A DNA stretch of 49,213 bases from an uncultured Bacteroidaceae bacterium (GTDB lineage Bacteria > Bacteroidota > Bacteroidia > Bacteroidales > GCA-2748055). The stretch's first letter is position 1; each line of letters begins with the position of its first letter. This document shows, in pieces, positions 19,780-29,659 of the stretch. The translations under genes were made by a program, and so were the position numbers. The stretch spans positions 1 to 49,213 of the forward strand of contig CAZQOV010000003.1 in the NCBI GenBank assembly GCA_964595055.1. The letters are read 5' to 3'. The notes below the pieces were generated by a model that had not been told where the DNA came from, did no database searches, and saw only the letters and a list, made by a program, of their open reading frames with translations.

Positions 19780-20079
19780 TCAATTACAAGCGCATTTGCT
19801 AATACAATCCACAATATTACTCAAATTATCATGCTTTAAAAAGTAGTAAGTATTTTTTCCCTCTCTCTGGGAAGCAAGAACACCTTTATCCTTCAGTATA
19901 CCAAGATGATGAGAAGTGGTTGATTGTTCAATGTTAAGAAGTTCATGGATCTCTGTTACCGTTAACTTTTTGCCTTCTTCCAGGTGGTTAAGTATCGCGA
20001 TTCTCATTGGATGGGCAATAGCCTTAAGCATATTAGCCGCTTTATCCAATTGCTCAGGTGTTAATTCTGTGATTTTCAT
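19780..20079 (-). CDS. ArsR/SmtB family transcriptional regulator with Cys-rich C-terminus
   Basis: LKAIAHPMRIAIL, LTVTEI..QSTTSHHL..L..GVL..REGK..YY; ends CISKCACN; ATG 20079. Confidence 0.9.
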   Translation of the reverse strand: MKITELTPEQLDKAANMLKAIAHPMRIAILNHLEEGKKLTVTEIHELLNIEQSTTSHHLGILKDKGVLASQREGKNTYYFLKHDNLSNIVDCISKCACN

Positions 20080-20246
20080 CTTATTTAAAATCAATAGATT
20101 GGAGCTATGTTTAATTACCAATAGACAAATGCAAATATATAAATATATTATTAGTATTTTATGACATAAGTCAATTTTTTAAAATTTTATCTTATTTCTA
20201 TTCAGAAGTATAGTAAAAAACAAAACTAAAATTTGAAAAGGAATAT

Positions 20247-20254
20247 TACCTTTG
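20247..20254 (+). promoter_or_regulatory. Bacteroidota -7 promoter element for the polyprenyl synthetase gene
   Basis: TACCTTTG 28 nt upstream of ATG 20283. Confidence 0.55.
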
Positions 20255-20282
20255 CCACAACATTTCTACAAATTAATTTTCA

Positions 20283-21257
20283 ATGAGTGAGTTAAACCAG
20301 ATTCGTAAACCTATTGAAAAGGAACTGATCATTTTTGAGAAGCATTTTAAGGAATCGATGAAAAGCAATGTCCCTCTTCTTGGGATTATTACCCAATATA
20401 TTCTCAGAAGAAAGGGAAAGCAAATGCGGCCTACCTTCGTTTTACTCACCTCCGGAATGCTGGGAAATATTACCGATTCCACCTATACTGCAGCTACACT
20501 CATTGAATTGCTTCATACGGCTTCCCTGATTCACGATGATGTGGTTGATGAAAGTTATGAACGACGGGGATTTTTTTCCTTAAATGCTTTATGGCGGTCG
20601 AAAATTGCGGTTCTTGTAGGAGACTTTCTTTTATCCAAAGGCTTGTTGTTATCGGTTGAAAAAAAGGAATATGCTCTTCTGGAAATCGTGTCAGAAGCCG
20701 TTAAACAAATGAGTGAAGGGGAATTGCTACAAATAAGGAAAGCAAGAAAGCTGGATATTACAATGGATGAGTATTTCGATATAATTGAAAAAAAGACGGC
20801 TGCACTTATTGCAGCCTGTACAGCTTCTGGAGCAAAGGCGGCAGGGCAGTCCGACGAAATAGTAAAAAAATTACATGAATTTGGCAAGAATGTGGGAATA
20901 GCCTTTCAAATAAAAGATGATATGTTTGATTATCAGAGATATAGTATGATCGGAAAACCGGTGGCAAATGATATTAAAGAAAAAAAACTGACTCTTCCTC
21001 TTATATATGCACTCAAAAAAGCAGATAAATCAGAATCACGGAAAGTAATTAGAATGATTCGTAAGAAAAGTCGTTTATCTTCAAGTGCAGATAGAATAAT
21101 TGACTTTGTGGTCGGCCATGGTGGATTAGATTACGCAAAACAAAAAATGGATGAATACAAAAACAAAGCCATTGAGGTTCTCCATGAATTTCCCGCAAAT
21201 GAATCTAAAAATGCTCTTATCAATCTGGTCAATTTTACGGTAACCCGAAATAAATAA
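20283..21257 (+). CDS. ispB: Polyprenyl (octaprenyl-type) diphosphate synthase
   Basis: GKQMRP, first Asp-rich motif ASLIHDDVVD..RRG, second motif FQIKDDMFD, KTA. Confidence 0.85.
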   Translation: MSELNQIRKPIEKELIIFEKHFKESMKSNVPLLGIITQYILRRKGKQMRPTFVLLTSGMLGNITDSTYTAATLIELLHTASLIHDDVVDESYERRGFFSLNALWRSKIAVLVGDFLLSKGLLLSVEKKEYALLEIVSEAVKQMSEGELLQIRKARKLDITMDEYFDIIEKKTAALIAACTASGAKAAGQSDEIVKKLHEFGKNVGIAFQIKDDMFDYQRYSMIGKPVANDIKEKKLTLPLIYALKKADKSESRKVIRMIRKKSRLSSSADRIIDFVVGHGGLDYAKQKMDEYKNKAIEVLHEFPANESKNALINLVNFTVTRNK

Positions 21258-21393
21258 TTAATCTGGCATTTCTAGTTTCGTATATCTATTCCCGCCTGTC
21301 CTTGAATTTTTGAATACGAAAACCTCAGGAAGTTAATTTGGAAATTTATTGCCGTTAATACACTATTTTTCAATACCTTAATTCATTTCAATT

Positions 21394-23196
21394 CTATAAT
21401 CGATTAAAATGTTTCTTAATTAATTCTGCCCGGTTTTTCCCTACAATCTTAGCGATTTCCTCTTTTGAGACAAATTTGAGGTTATCCACAGATTTGAAAT
21501 GCACCATCAGGTCTCTTATGGTTTTATCTCCAATACCTTTAATTTTTTTAAGAGAAGTATCGAGCATTTGATCGGACCTTTTCTTACGGTGAAAAGCAAT
21601 GCCAAAGCGATGAGCTTCATTTCTCAATTGTTGTATTATTTTCAGAGATTCAGAATTCTTATCAATATAGATAGGAACAGGGTCATCCGGAAAATAGATT
21701 TCTTCCAGTCGTTTGGCAATCCCAATAATTGCAATTTTTCCTCTTAGTCCAAGGCTTTCGAGGCTTGAGACGGCAGCATTGAGTTGACCCTTTCCTCCAT
21801 CAATAATAATCAACTGTGGCAGTGCCTTATGTTCATTTAATAAGCGAGAATATCGGCGAAAGACAACTTCTTTCATCGAGGCATAATCATCAGGTCCGGT
21901 TACGGTTTTGATATTATAATGTCTATATTCCTTTTTTGAGGGGCGGGCATTACGGAAAACAACACAAGCGGAAACGGGATTTGAGCCTTGAATGTTACTA
22001 TTATCGAAGCATTCTATATGCACCGGTAATTTACTCATCCGAAGATCTCTTTTTAAGGTGTTTAGCATTCTATCCGCAGGTTTAAGCATTGAGCTTTCAG
22101 ATCTTCGCTTAATTTTATCCATCATATAATACTTCGCATTGCGAGTAGAGAGATCAAGTAATTTTTTCTTATCTCCTCTTTGAGGAATCGTTTGTTTCAG
22201 GTTTTCCGGAAAGTTTTTCAATCTGAAAGGGAGGATAATTTCATTTGAATTGCTGAAAAGTCTCTCCCTTAAATCCAAAATAGCATATTCCATTAATTCT
22301 TCCTGTGTCTCTTCCAGTTTTTTCTTAATTTCTACGGTATAAGCCTGTATAATAGCGCCGTTATTTACCTTCAGAAAGTTAATGTATGCATTTTTTTCCT
22401 CTTCCATGAGGGAATAAACTTCAACATTATGAATCGATGGATTCACCACCGTAGATTTCATCTGAAATTTTTCCAGTGATCCGATTTTGTTTTTAATGCT
22501 TTCTGCCTCTTCAAATTTATAGGCATTTGCATACTTTTTCATTAACTTTTTTAAATAATCTGTCACATCGCTCAAATTTCCCTTCAATATATTATGCACC
22601 TGATTAATCGTTTCATTATAGTCTGATTCATCTTGCAAACCTTCACAGGGACCTTTGCAGTTTTTTAAATGATATTCCAGACAAACTTTGAATTTCCCTT
22701 TCTCAATATTTTCCTGACTCAAATTGTAATTACAGTTCCGTAACTGGTATAGTTCCCGTATTAATGAAAGCAAAGTTCGCACGGTTTGAGCTGAAGTATA
22801 TGGTCCATAATATTTTGAGCCATCCTTAACAAGGGTTCGTGTTGAAAACACTCTCGGAAATCTTTCATTCTTTATACAGAGCCAGGGGAAGGTTTTATCG
22901 TCCTTAAGGCTAACATTATATTTTGGCTGGTATTTTTTTATTAAATTATTTTCAAGCAATAGTGCATCCGATTCAGATTCAACCAGGATATGTTCGACGC
23001 GAGCAATTTTTCTTACCATTATCCGTAATTTTGCACTTTCATTTTGTCGTGCAGAGAAGTAAGAGGAAACTCTCTTTTTTAAAGATTTAGCCTTGCCTAT
23101 GTACAATAATTTATCATCCCGGTCATAAAACTGATAGACTCCGGGAGAATCTGGTAATAGCTTTAGCGTCCTTCTTATATTATCAGTATAATTCAT
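21394..23196 (-). CDS. uvrC: Excinuclease ABC subunit C
   Basis: GIY-YIG (PGVYQF..YIGKAK.LKKRV), ECFDNS, IDGGKGQ, RNEAHRF, C-terminal HhH. Confidence 0.97.
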   Translation of the reverse strand: MNYTDNIRRTLKLLPDSPGVYQFYDRDDKLLYIGKAKSLKKRVSSYFSARQNESAKLRIMVRKIARVEHILVESESDALLLENNLIKKYQPKYNVSLKDDKTFPWLCIKNERFPRVFSTRTLVKDGSKYYGPYTSAQTVRTLLSLIRELYQLRNCNYNLSQENIEKGKFKVCLEYHLKNCKGPCEGLQDESDYNETINQVHNILKGNLSDVTDYLKKLMKKYANAYKFEEAESIKNKIGSLEKFQMKSTVVNPSIHNVEVYSLMEEEKNAYINFLKVNNGAIIQAYTVEIKKKLEETQEELMEYAILDLRERLFSNSNEIILPFRLKNFPENLKQTIPQRGDKKKLLDLSTRNAKYYMMDKIKRRSESSMLKPADRMLNTLKRDLRMSKLPVHIECFDNSNIQGSNPVSACVVFRNARPSKKEYRHYNIKTVTGPDDYASMKEVVFRRYSRLLNEHKALPQLIIIDGGKGQLNAAVSSLESLGLRGKIAIIGIAKRLEEIYFPDDPVPIYIDKNSESLKIIQQLRNEAHRFGIAFHRKKRSDQMLDTSLKKIKGIGDKTIRDLMVHFKSVDNLKFVSKEEIAKIVGKNRAELIKKHFNRL

Positions 23197-23198
23197 GC

Positions 23199-24842
23199 TT
23201 AATTTTCAACATAAATGTCAGTAAAATTAAATGTATTCACATCAAATAGACCTTTATTTCCCAATTTTAATTCAGGTATTACCAGAAGCGACATGAAAGA
23301 GAGGGTCATAAAAGGGGAACTCAATTCAGATCCTGCTCTCTTTACCAGCTTATCCAATTCCAGATACTTGCCGGCAACAATTTCCGCATGTTCATCTGTC
23401 ATTATCCCTGCAACGGGTAAAGGAAGTCCAGTAATATTTTTACCATCAGAAAAAGCAATCCCTCCTTTATGAATATTAATCCAATTCAGCAGTTCCAGGA
23501 TGATTTCATCCTCTGTGCCGGTACAGATAATATTATGGCTATCGTGAGCAATTGTACTAATCATACCCCCTTTTTTGATTCCAAAGTTCTTTATGAATCC
23601 TATTGAAGGTTTCTCCTTTTTATAACGGTTTAGTACTACCAGCTTTAAAATATCTTTATCCGTATCTGATACCAGGTTTCCCCCTTTAACCTTCGGTTTG
23701 TCTATATCCATTTTAGTTATTAATTCTCCATCTAAAGCAGCGATAATTTTAAGATTTCTACCTATATCCCTGACCAAAATATCTTCTTTTTCCACCCGGT
23801 TTTCGAAAAAGATATTGGGTTTATGTGCTAATCCGGGAAGTTTAATCTTTTCCGGCACATTATTCTCAAAGACTATTGATCCCTCTATCCAGGTCTCCAG
23901 GATCTTAAAATCATCATAATTATTCACCTTTATAAAATCAGCAGGATCGCCAGGTTGAAGCAATCCCACATTGAGTCCATAAAAAGTAATGGGATTATAA
24001 GTAGCTGCCCGCAAAACATTAAACAAATCATAATTTTTCTTAAGGCTCTTTTTAATGAGAATGTTTATATGTCCATTTAACAGTTCATCAGGATGCATAT
24101 CATCCAGACAAAACATAACTTTTTCCGGATACCATTCAAGAAGTTTGTGTAAGGCGTCAAAATTTTTGGCAGCACTTCCTTCTCTAATTTGGATGAACAT
24201 GCCCGATTCAATTTTCTCGACCGCTTCATCCAGGGTAAAACATTCGTGATCCGTTTTTATCCCGGCAGCTGCATATTTTTTCAACAGTTCTCCTCTTAAC
24301 CCTGGAGCATGACCATCAACAGGCTTTCCCACCTGATGCGCATATTGAATTTTTTTCATCACCTCTTCCTCCTGATAAATAACCCCGGGATAATTCATCA
24401 TCTCCGATAAAAACCTGATTTCTTCCTTTTCCAGTAAATCCTTCACATTTTCAGAATCAATTATGGCCCCCGAAGACTCATACTTTGTAGCAGGAACACA
24501 ACTGGGTGCGCCAAAATATATTTTTAACGGGCTTCTTTTTGCATCGTTAATCATAAAATTCACACCCTCCACCCCCAGCACATTAGCAATTTCATGGGGA
24601 TCTGAAACAGTGGCCACTGTGCCGTGCCTGAACACAGACTGAGAAAATACGGAAGGAATAAGCATTGAACTTTCAATATGAACATGAGCATCGACCAATC
24701 CGGGCATGATAAAATCCAGACTTGAGTCAATGCCCTCCATGGTTTTCTTAATTGATTTTATTCTTTTACCTTCAATGATTAATTCACCTGAGAAAACATT
24801 TCGCGTAATTACATCTACTATATTCGCTTTAATTTTTTTCAT
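23199..24842 (-). CDS. ade: Adenine deaminase
   Basis: PGLVDAHVHIESSM, SDPHEIANV, EMMNYPG, DGHAP, TDHEC, REGSAAKN, AHDSHN. Confidence 0.95.
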   Translation of the reverse strand: MKKIKANIVDVITRNVFSGELIIEGKRIKSIKKTMEGIDSSLDFIMPGLVDAHVHIESSMLIPSVFSQSVFRHGTVATVSDPHEIANVLGVEGVNFMINDAKRSPLKIYFGAPSCVPATKYESSGAIIDSENVKDLLEKEEIRFLSEMMNYPGVIYQEEEVMKKIQYAHQVGKPVDGHAPGLRGELLKKYAAAGIKTDHECFTLDEAVEKIESGMFIQIREGSAAKNFDALHKLLEWYPEKVMFCLDDMHPDELLNGHINILIKKSLKKNYDLFNVLRAATYNPITFYGLNVGLLQPGDPADFIKVNNYDDFKILETWIEGSIVFENNVPEKIKLPGLAHKPNIFFENRVEKEDILVRDIGRNLKIIAALDGELITKMDIDKPKVKGGNLVSDTDKDILKLVVLNRYKKEKPSIGFIKNFGIKKGGMISTIAHDSHNIICTGTEDEIILELLNWINIHKGGIAFSDGKNITGLPLPVAGIMTDEHAEIVAGKYLELDKLVKRAGSELSSPFMTLSFMSLLVIPELKLGNKGLFDVNTFNFTDIYVEN

Positions 24843-24965
24843 AATAATAAGCTAACATGGAAAAATTTAATGGTCTTTTTAAATAAATCCCTTAAAATAT
24901 AAAATTCTTTTTCAAAATTTGAATTCATAAATTAATATTATCAAAAAACAGAAAACAAAAAGAAT

Positions 24966-24981
24966 TGTTCCACGTGGAACA
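24966..24981. promoter_or_regulatory. parS centromere site 1
   Basis: Perfect 16-bp palindrome TGTTCCACGTGGAACA matching the ParB/Spo0J parS consensus. Confidence 0.9.
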
Positions 24982-25198
24982 TTGGATTTCTGAGTGAGTT
25001 TAAAGCCAGCCGACCCCTCGCCTAAGCTTAGCGATCAGGGGAACCAAATCAAGAAAATGGATGGTAAATAAATGACCCGCCAATACCGTTCAAAATCTCT
25101 GAGCATATACGAGAGGGCCGGAGTGTCATAAGCGAATACAAAAATCAAAATGACCATACTCGTTCAGCCCATTTTGTAAATGGGGATTTTACGTCATT

Positions 25199-25214
25199 TG
25201 TTCCACGTGGAACA
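25199..25214. promoter_or_regulatory. parS centromere site 2
   Basis: TGTTCCACGTGGAACA. Confidence 0.9.
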
Positions 25215-25432
25215 TTGGATTTCGGAATGGGTTTAAAGCCAGCCGGCCCCCTCACCTACGCTTAGCAACCACGGAAACTTAATCAAGAAAATGGATAGTA
25301 AATAAATGACCCGCCAATACCGTTCAAAATCTCTGAGCATATACGAGAGGGCCGGAGTGTCATAAGCGAATACAAAAATCAAAATGACCATACTCGTTCA
25401 GCCCATTTTGTAGATATGAATTTTATGTCATT

Positions 25433-25448
25433 TGTTCCACGTGGAACA
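25433..25448. promoter_or_regulatory. parS centromere site 3
   Basis: TGTTCCACGTGGAACA. Confidence 0.9.
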
Positions 25449-25633
25449 TTAGATACCGGTTAGGGGTTTAAGACGAGCCTGCTCTTACACTACGCTCAGT
25501 GACCAGCAAAGCAACTGCTGTGAAAAAGGGTAACTCAAGGTCCTTGAGGGCAACCAAAGACCCGGTGTGAAAAAAAAACGTTTGCGGAAATTGGCAGTAG
25601 CTCCGAAAGAAAAAACCAGCAGACTTTAGCTCA

Positions 25634-27508
25634 TCATCTTCCCATATACAATAATAAAACACTTACATCAGCAGGAGAAACTCCGCTGATTCTTGAGGCT
25701 TCACCTATAGTACGAGGGTGGTGCGAATTTAATTTTTGTCGGGCTTCGGTAGAAAGTGACTTTAATGAATTATAATTAATCTTATCATAGATCCTGATGT
25801 TCTCCAATCTTTTTAATTTATCGGCTAAAGCTCTTTCTCTTTCGATATAACCGGCATATTTAATTTGTATTTCAACAGAATCGAGTATTTCCTGTTTCCT
25901 ATTCGTCACCTTTTCTGTTAGCATATCAATCTCCGGAATAACATCGATTAAATCCTTAATATTTATCTGTGGTCGTTTCAAAAGTTCAATGGCTTTCACT
26001 TTCTGTTTAATCGTTGAAGTGCCTTTTGCCTCAAGAACGGAATTGATAAATTCAGGATCGACACTTTTCTCTTTTAAGAAATCAATGAGAGCAGACTTCT
26101 GGGAAATTTTCCGAACCAACAAATCCAGCCTATCCCGGCTAGCCAGTCCAACATCATAACTTAGCCTGGTCAATCTTTCATCAGCATCGTCTTGTCTAAG
26201 TAATAATCTATACTCAGCTCTGGAGGTAAACATTCTGTAAGGTTCATCAACACCTTTTGTAATCAAATCATCGATCAATACACCAATATAAGCCTGATCT
26301 CTCCCCAGTATAAACTCTCCCATACCCTTATTTTTCATAGCTGCGTTAATGCCTGCAATAATTCCCTGCGCTCCGGCTTCTTCGTATCCGGTTGTGCCGT
26401 TTATTTGTCCGGCAAAATACAGATTCCTGATTTTTCTGGTTTCAAGAGTGTGGTATAATTGTGTTGGGGGGTAATAATCATATTCAATTGCATAACCCGG
26501 TCTGAAAATTTTGGCTTTTTCTAATCCGGGAATTTTGATCAGGGCAGAATACTGAATTTCCATAGGAAGACTTGAAGAAAATCCATTCAAATAATATTCA
26601 AAAGTGTTTAGTCCTTCAGGCTCCAAAAAAAGCTGATGTTTATCCTTACCGGCAAAAGTGTGAATTTTATCTTCTATACTGGGACAATACCTTGGCCCAA
26701 TGCTTTCGATAGTTCCATTATACATGGGTGAATCGGCTAACCCCCTGGTTAATTCCTTATGGACATCAGGATTAGTATGGGTAATCCAACAACTCAAATG
26801 AGAACTATAATCCAAATCATAATCTAAAAAAGAAAATTTTCTTCCTTCCGAATCCCCTTTCTGTTCTTCTAATTTATTAAAGTCGATAGACCGTCCGTCA
26901 ATTCTAACCGGGGTCCCGGTTTTCATTCTCCCTACAGTAAAACCATACTGCTTTAACTGTTCACTTAATCCCTCAGACGAGGGTTCCGCTGACCGTCCTC
27001 CCACTATTTTAGTCCGTCCAATATGCATTAATCCATTTTGAAAAGTTCCATTGGTAAGGATAACAGAATAAGCATGTATGTCAAGACCCAATTTCGTTCT
27101 AACCCCAATAACTGTATCTTTTTCGATTAACAGTCCGGTAACGAGATCCTGCCAAAAATCGAGATTTTGTGTATTTTCCAACATCTCTCTCCACTTCAGA
27201 CTAAATTGCATCCGATCATTTTGAGAACGCGGGCTCCATAAGGCAGGACCTTTGGATCGATTCAACATTCGAAACTGAATCATGCTTTTATCTGAAACAA
27301 TTCCGCTATAACCACCCAGAGCGTCAATTTCCCGCAGAATCTGACCTTTTGCAATTCCACCCATGGCAGGATTACAGCTCATTTGGGCAATCTTTGTCAT
27401 ATCCATTGTAATCAAAAGCGTATTACATCCCATATTGGCAGCAGCAGCAGCAGCTTCACTACCAGCATGGCCTGCACCCACAACAATTACATCATACTTT
27501 GGCAACAT
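25634..27508 (-). CDS. mnmG: tRNA uridine-5-carboxymethylaminomethyl(34) synthesis enzyme MnmG (GidA)
   Basis: YDVIVVGAGHAG, MSCNPAMGG, GPRYCPSIEDK, AGQINGTTGYEEA, EPYRMFTSRAEYR; ATG 27508; TAACTTTG -7 box at 27527-27534. Confidence 0.98.
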   Translation of the reverse strand: MLPKYDVIVVGAGHAGSEAAAAAANMGCNTLLITMDMTKIAQMSCNPAMGGIAKGQILREIDALGGYSGIVSDKSMIQFRMLNRSKGPALWSPRSQNDRMQFSLKWREMLENTQNLDFWQDLVTGLLIEKDTVIGVRTKLGLDIHAYSVILTNGTFQNGLMHIGRTKIVGGRSAEPSSEGLSEQLKQYGFTVGRMKTGTPVRIDGRSIDFNKLEEQKGDSEGRKFSFLDYDLDYSSHLSCWITHTNPDVHKELTRGLADSPMYNGTIESIGPRYCPSIEDKIHTFAGKDKHQLFLEPEGLNTFEYYLNGFSSSLPMEIQYSALIKIPGLEKAKIFRPGYAIEYDYYPPTQLYHTLETRKIRNLYFAGQINGTTGYEEAGAQGIIAGINAAMKNKGMGEFILGRDQAYIGVLIDDLITKGVDEPYRMFTSRAEYRLLLRQDDADERLTRLSYDVGLASRDRLDLLVRKISQKSALIDFLKEKSVDPEFINSVLEAKGTSTIKQKVKAIELLKRPQINIKDLIDVIPEIDMLTEKVTNRKQEILDSVEIQIKYAGYIERERALADKLKRLENIRIYDKINYNSLKSLSTEARQKLNSHHPRTIGEASRISGVSPADVSVLLLYMGR

Positions 27509-27562
27509 TCGTTCTAAAATTTTGCGCAAAGTTAATGAAATTTCATAAAAAGAATTTCTGGA

Positions 27563-27994
27563 TTAAACGATTAGGAGATCTTTAACACCCTCTAATGAAA
27601 TATTTTCCTGATAACGCATTTTAGTTTTCTCTTCATCAGTCTTGTCCTTGAATCCAAGAAAATGCAAAATGCCATGTGCGATGACACGTTTTAATTCTTC
27701 ATTAAAGCCTTCTTTGTAAGTGTAAGCGTTTTCCCGGACCCTTTCGACAGATATAAAAATATCGCCGGAAATTATATGGTCGTGGCTATAATCAAAGCTG
27801 ATTATATCTGTTAAGGTGGTGCTCTTTAAATACTCCTTATTCATATTTAAAAGCGTTGAGTCCGAAACGAAAATGTAGTTAATCTCTCCCGGGCAGGATT
27901 TGAACTCTTTGATTATCGAAGTGACCCAATGTTTCAGGGCCCTTTTATTCTTAATTTTAAAAGGTTTAATTTCGCTGGTAAACCAAATAGGCAT
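27563..27994 (-). CDS. ybeY: rRNA maturation RNase YbeY
   Basis: TDIISF, GDIFIS, HGILHFLGFKD metal motif. Confidence 0.92.
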   Translation of the reverse strand: MPIWFTSEIKPFKIKNKRALKHWVTSIIKEFKSCPGEINYIFVSDSTLLNMNKEYLKSTTLTDIISFDYSHDHIISGDIFISVERVRENAYTYKEGFNEELKRVIAHGILHFLGFKDKTDEEKTKMRYQENISLEGVKDLLIV

Positions 27995-28392
27995 TAATCT
28001 GCGTTAAACGTTAGTTGTACTTTAGCACCATTTCTTTCAAACTCCAATTTGTCGGATAATTTATCCATCAAAAATATACCTCTCCCATTGATTTTTTCAA
28101 TATTCTCAGGAGCTGTAGGATCAGGGACTTGTTTATAATTGAATCCAGGACCCTGATCTTCGATTATCATATGTAAACCTTCTTCATCCTTTCTTGAATT
28201 TATAATGACATCGAGATCACGCTTCTGTTTATTTCCATGAATGATTGCATTATTAACAGCTTCCAGTGTAGCTATTAATACATTACCATAGATTTCATCA
28301 CTTAATTTAAGCTCCGCTGATAATTCATCTACAAATTTTTCAACGAGCCGCAAGTTTTCAATTTCTGATTTTATGACAATCGACATTTTCAT
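27994..28392 (-). CDS. HATPase_c_2 (RsbW-like Ser/Thr kinase / anti-sigma) ATP-binding protein
   Basis: EAVNNAIIHGN, DQGPGF, GRGIFLM; TAATG overlap with ybeY. Confidence 0.85.
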   Translation of the reverse strand: MKMSIVIKSEIENLRLVEKFVDELSAELKLSDEIYGNVLIATLEAVNNAIIHGNKQKRDLDVIINSRKDEEGLHMIIEDQGPGFNYKQVPDPTAPENIEKINGRGIFLMDKLSDKLEFERNGAKVQLTFNAD

Positions 28393-28462
28393 TTATTTAC
28401 AACTAGGATAATAACACTTCATTATACTAAAATGAAAATAAAAAGTTTCCTTTTTACTACAA

Positions 28463-29659
28463 TTATTTACTTAACCAAATCTCTGGATCTACAACATCCA
28501 TACCTTTCCAAAGCTCAAAATGCAATTTGGTTTCCTTATCCATATTTGTACCCACCACGCCTATAATTTGTTTTGTTTCAACCTTATCCCCTCTTTTCAC
28601 CTGAACATCTACAAGATTCTGATATACCGTCCTATAGTCCCCATGCTTTATAATAACAGTGTAATTGGCTCCTAAAATAGCACTCACCACCGTAACCTCA
28701 CCTTTAAACACAGCTCTTACCTCAGTATTTTCAACGGTACTTAAATCAATGCCATTCGACCTAATCTTAATTCCGGGAATAACGGGATGAGAATGCTCTC
28801 CATATTTCCCTGTAACAATACCTTGTAAAGCAGGCCAGGGAAGACCACCTTTGTTTTTAGAAAAGTCATCGGAAATCAATTTTTCCTCCGGGGTCAATGC
28901 ATATATCTCATTTGCTTCCCTTGCCTTTCGGGCTTCTTCCTCTATTATTCTACGGATTTCATTTTCAATATTTCTCTGAGTTTTTTCTCTTTCTTTTATT
29001 TCAGCTAAAAGCTCTTTTTCCTGTATCCGCAAACTGTTGACAGTCTTGTTTTTTAATCTTCTATCCTTATATAAATTATCCTTTTCTGTCTGTAAAGATT
29101 TGATGGATTGAGTCTTTTCAAAACGAAGACTATCGAGGCTATATTGAAGGATATACAAGGAATCCGTCTTATCCTGAATATCATCAAATAAATTCTTCCT
29201 ATAATCGTTCAAATATTTAATATACCGTATTCTCTCATAACTTTGGTTAAAATCCTCCGAGGAAAGAATATACATTAAAGCATATTCATCGTCAATATTT
29301 TTATAACTATTCCGAATAATTCTGGCATACTGTTCCCTCAATTTTTTCAACATTTGTTCATTCTCCCTGGCTTTTTCCCTTGCTTTTTCCCATTGATTTG
29401 AAATCCATGCAATTTCCTGTTCATATAGCAATATTAACTCTTCCCTTTTTTCTATTTGTTTTTCGAGCAGATTAACCTGGTATAAACTATAACTTCGCTT
29501 CTCCCTGGTTTTTTCTAAAATCTTCCGGGTTACTTCAATTTCCTTGAGATTAGTCTTTCGTCGGGTCTCTAATTCACTCCGCGTCTGACTAAAACATTTC
29601 GTTTGGAATAAAATGAAAAATAAGGAAAAACAAATGCTAAAGTATATTCCGTATTTCAT
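28463..29659 (-). CDS. EnvC-like murein hydrolase activator (coiled coil plus degenerate M23 domain)
   Basis: Signal peptide, long coiled coil, KGGLPWP, SNGIDL (no HxxxD), IIKHG.YRTVYQNL, LHFELW. Confidence 0.88.
   Translation of the reverse strand: MKYGIYFSICFSLFFILFQTKCFSQTRSELETRRKTNLKEIEVTRKILEKTREKRSYSLYQVNLLEKQIEKREELILLYEQEIAWISNQWEKAREKARENEQMLKKLREQYARIIRNSYKNIDDEYALMYILSSEDFNQSYERIRYIKYLNDYRKNLFDDIQDKTDSLYILQYSLDSLRFEKTQSIKSLQTEKDNLYKDRRLKNKTVNSLRIQEKELLAEIKEREKTQRNIENEIRRIIEEEARKAREANEIYALTPEEKLISDDFSKNKGGLPWPALQGIVTGKYGEHSHPVIPGIKIRSNGIDLSTVENTEVRAVFKGEVTVVSAILGANYTVIIKHGDYRTVYQNLVDVQVKRGDKVETKQIIGVVGTNMDKETKLHFELWKGMDVVDPEIWLSK

Larger units (their letters stand above)
24966..25512. 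repeat. Tandem direct repeat: two full ~233-234 bp units (24966-25198, 25199-25432) plus a degenerate partial third unit, each starting with parS
   Basis: Units 1 and 2 share an identical core (GTAAATAAATGACCCGCC...CCCATTTTGTA); unit 3 keeps GGGTTTAA, AGCC and TACGCT.AG..ACCA. Confidence 0.95.

Noticed and set aside
24966-25448. CRISPR array interpretation of the three palindromes
   Set aside because: The repeat is only 16 bp, the intervening ~217 bp segments are near-identical rather than unique spacers, there are no cas genes, and the motif is the parS consensus
25468-25662. 64-aa ORF after mnmG and short ORFs within the repeat units
   Set aside because: No motifs, overlaps the mnmG 3' end, and reading frames are not preserved between repeat units
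27994-28392. RsbW/RsbV partner-switching system
   Set aside because: No STAS anti-anti-sigma or PP2C phosphatase gene adjacent; only the kinase-like gene is supported
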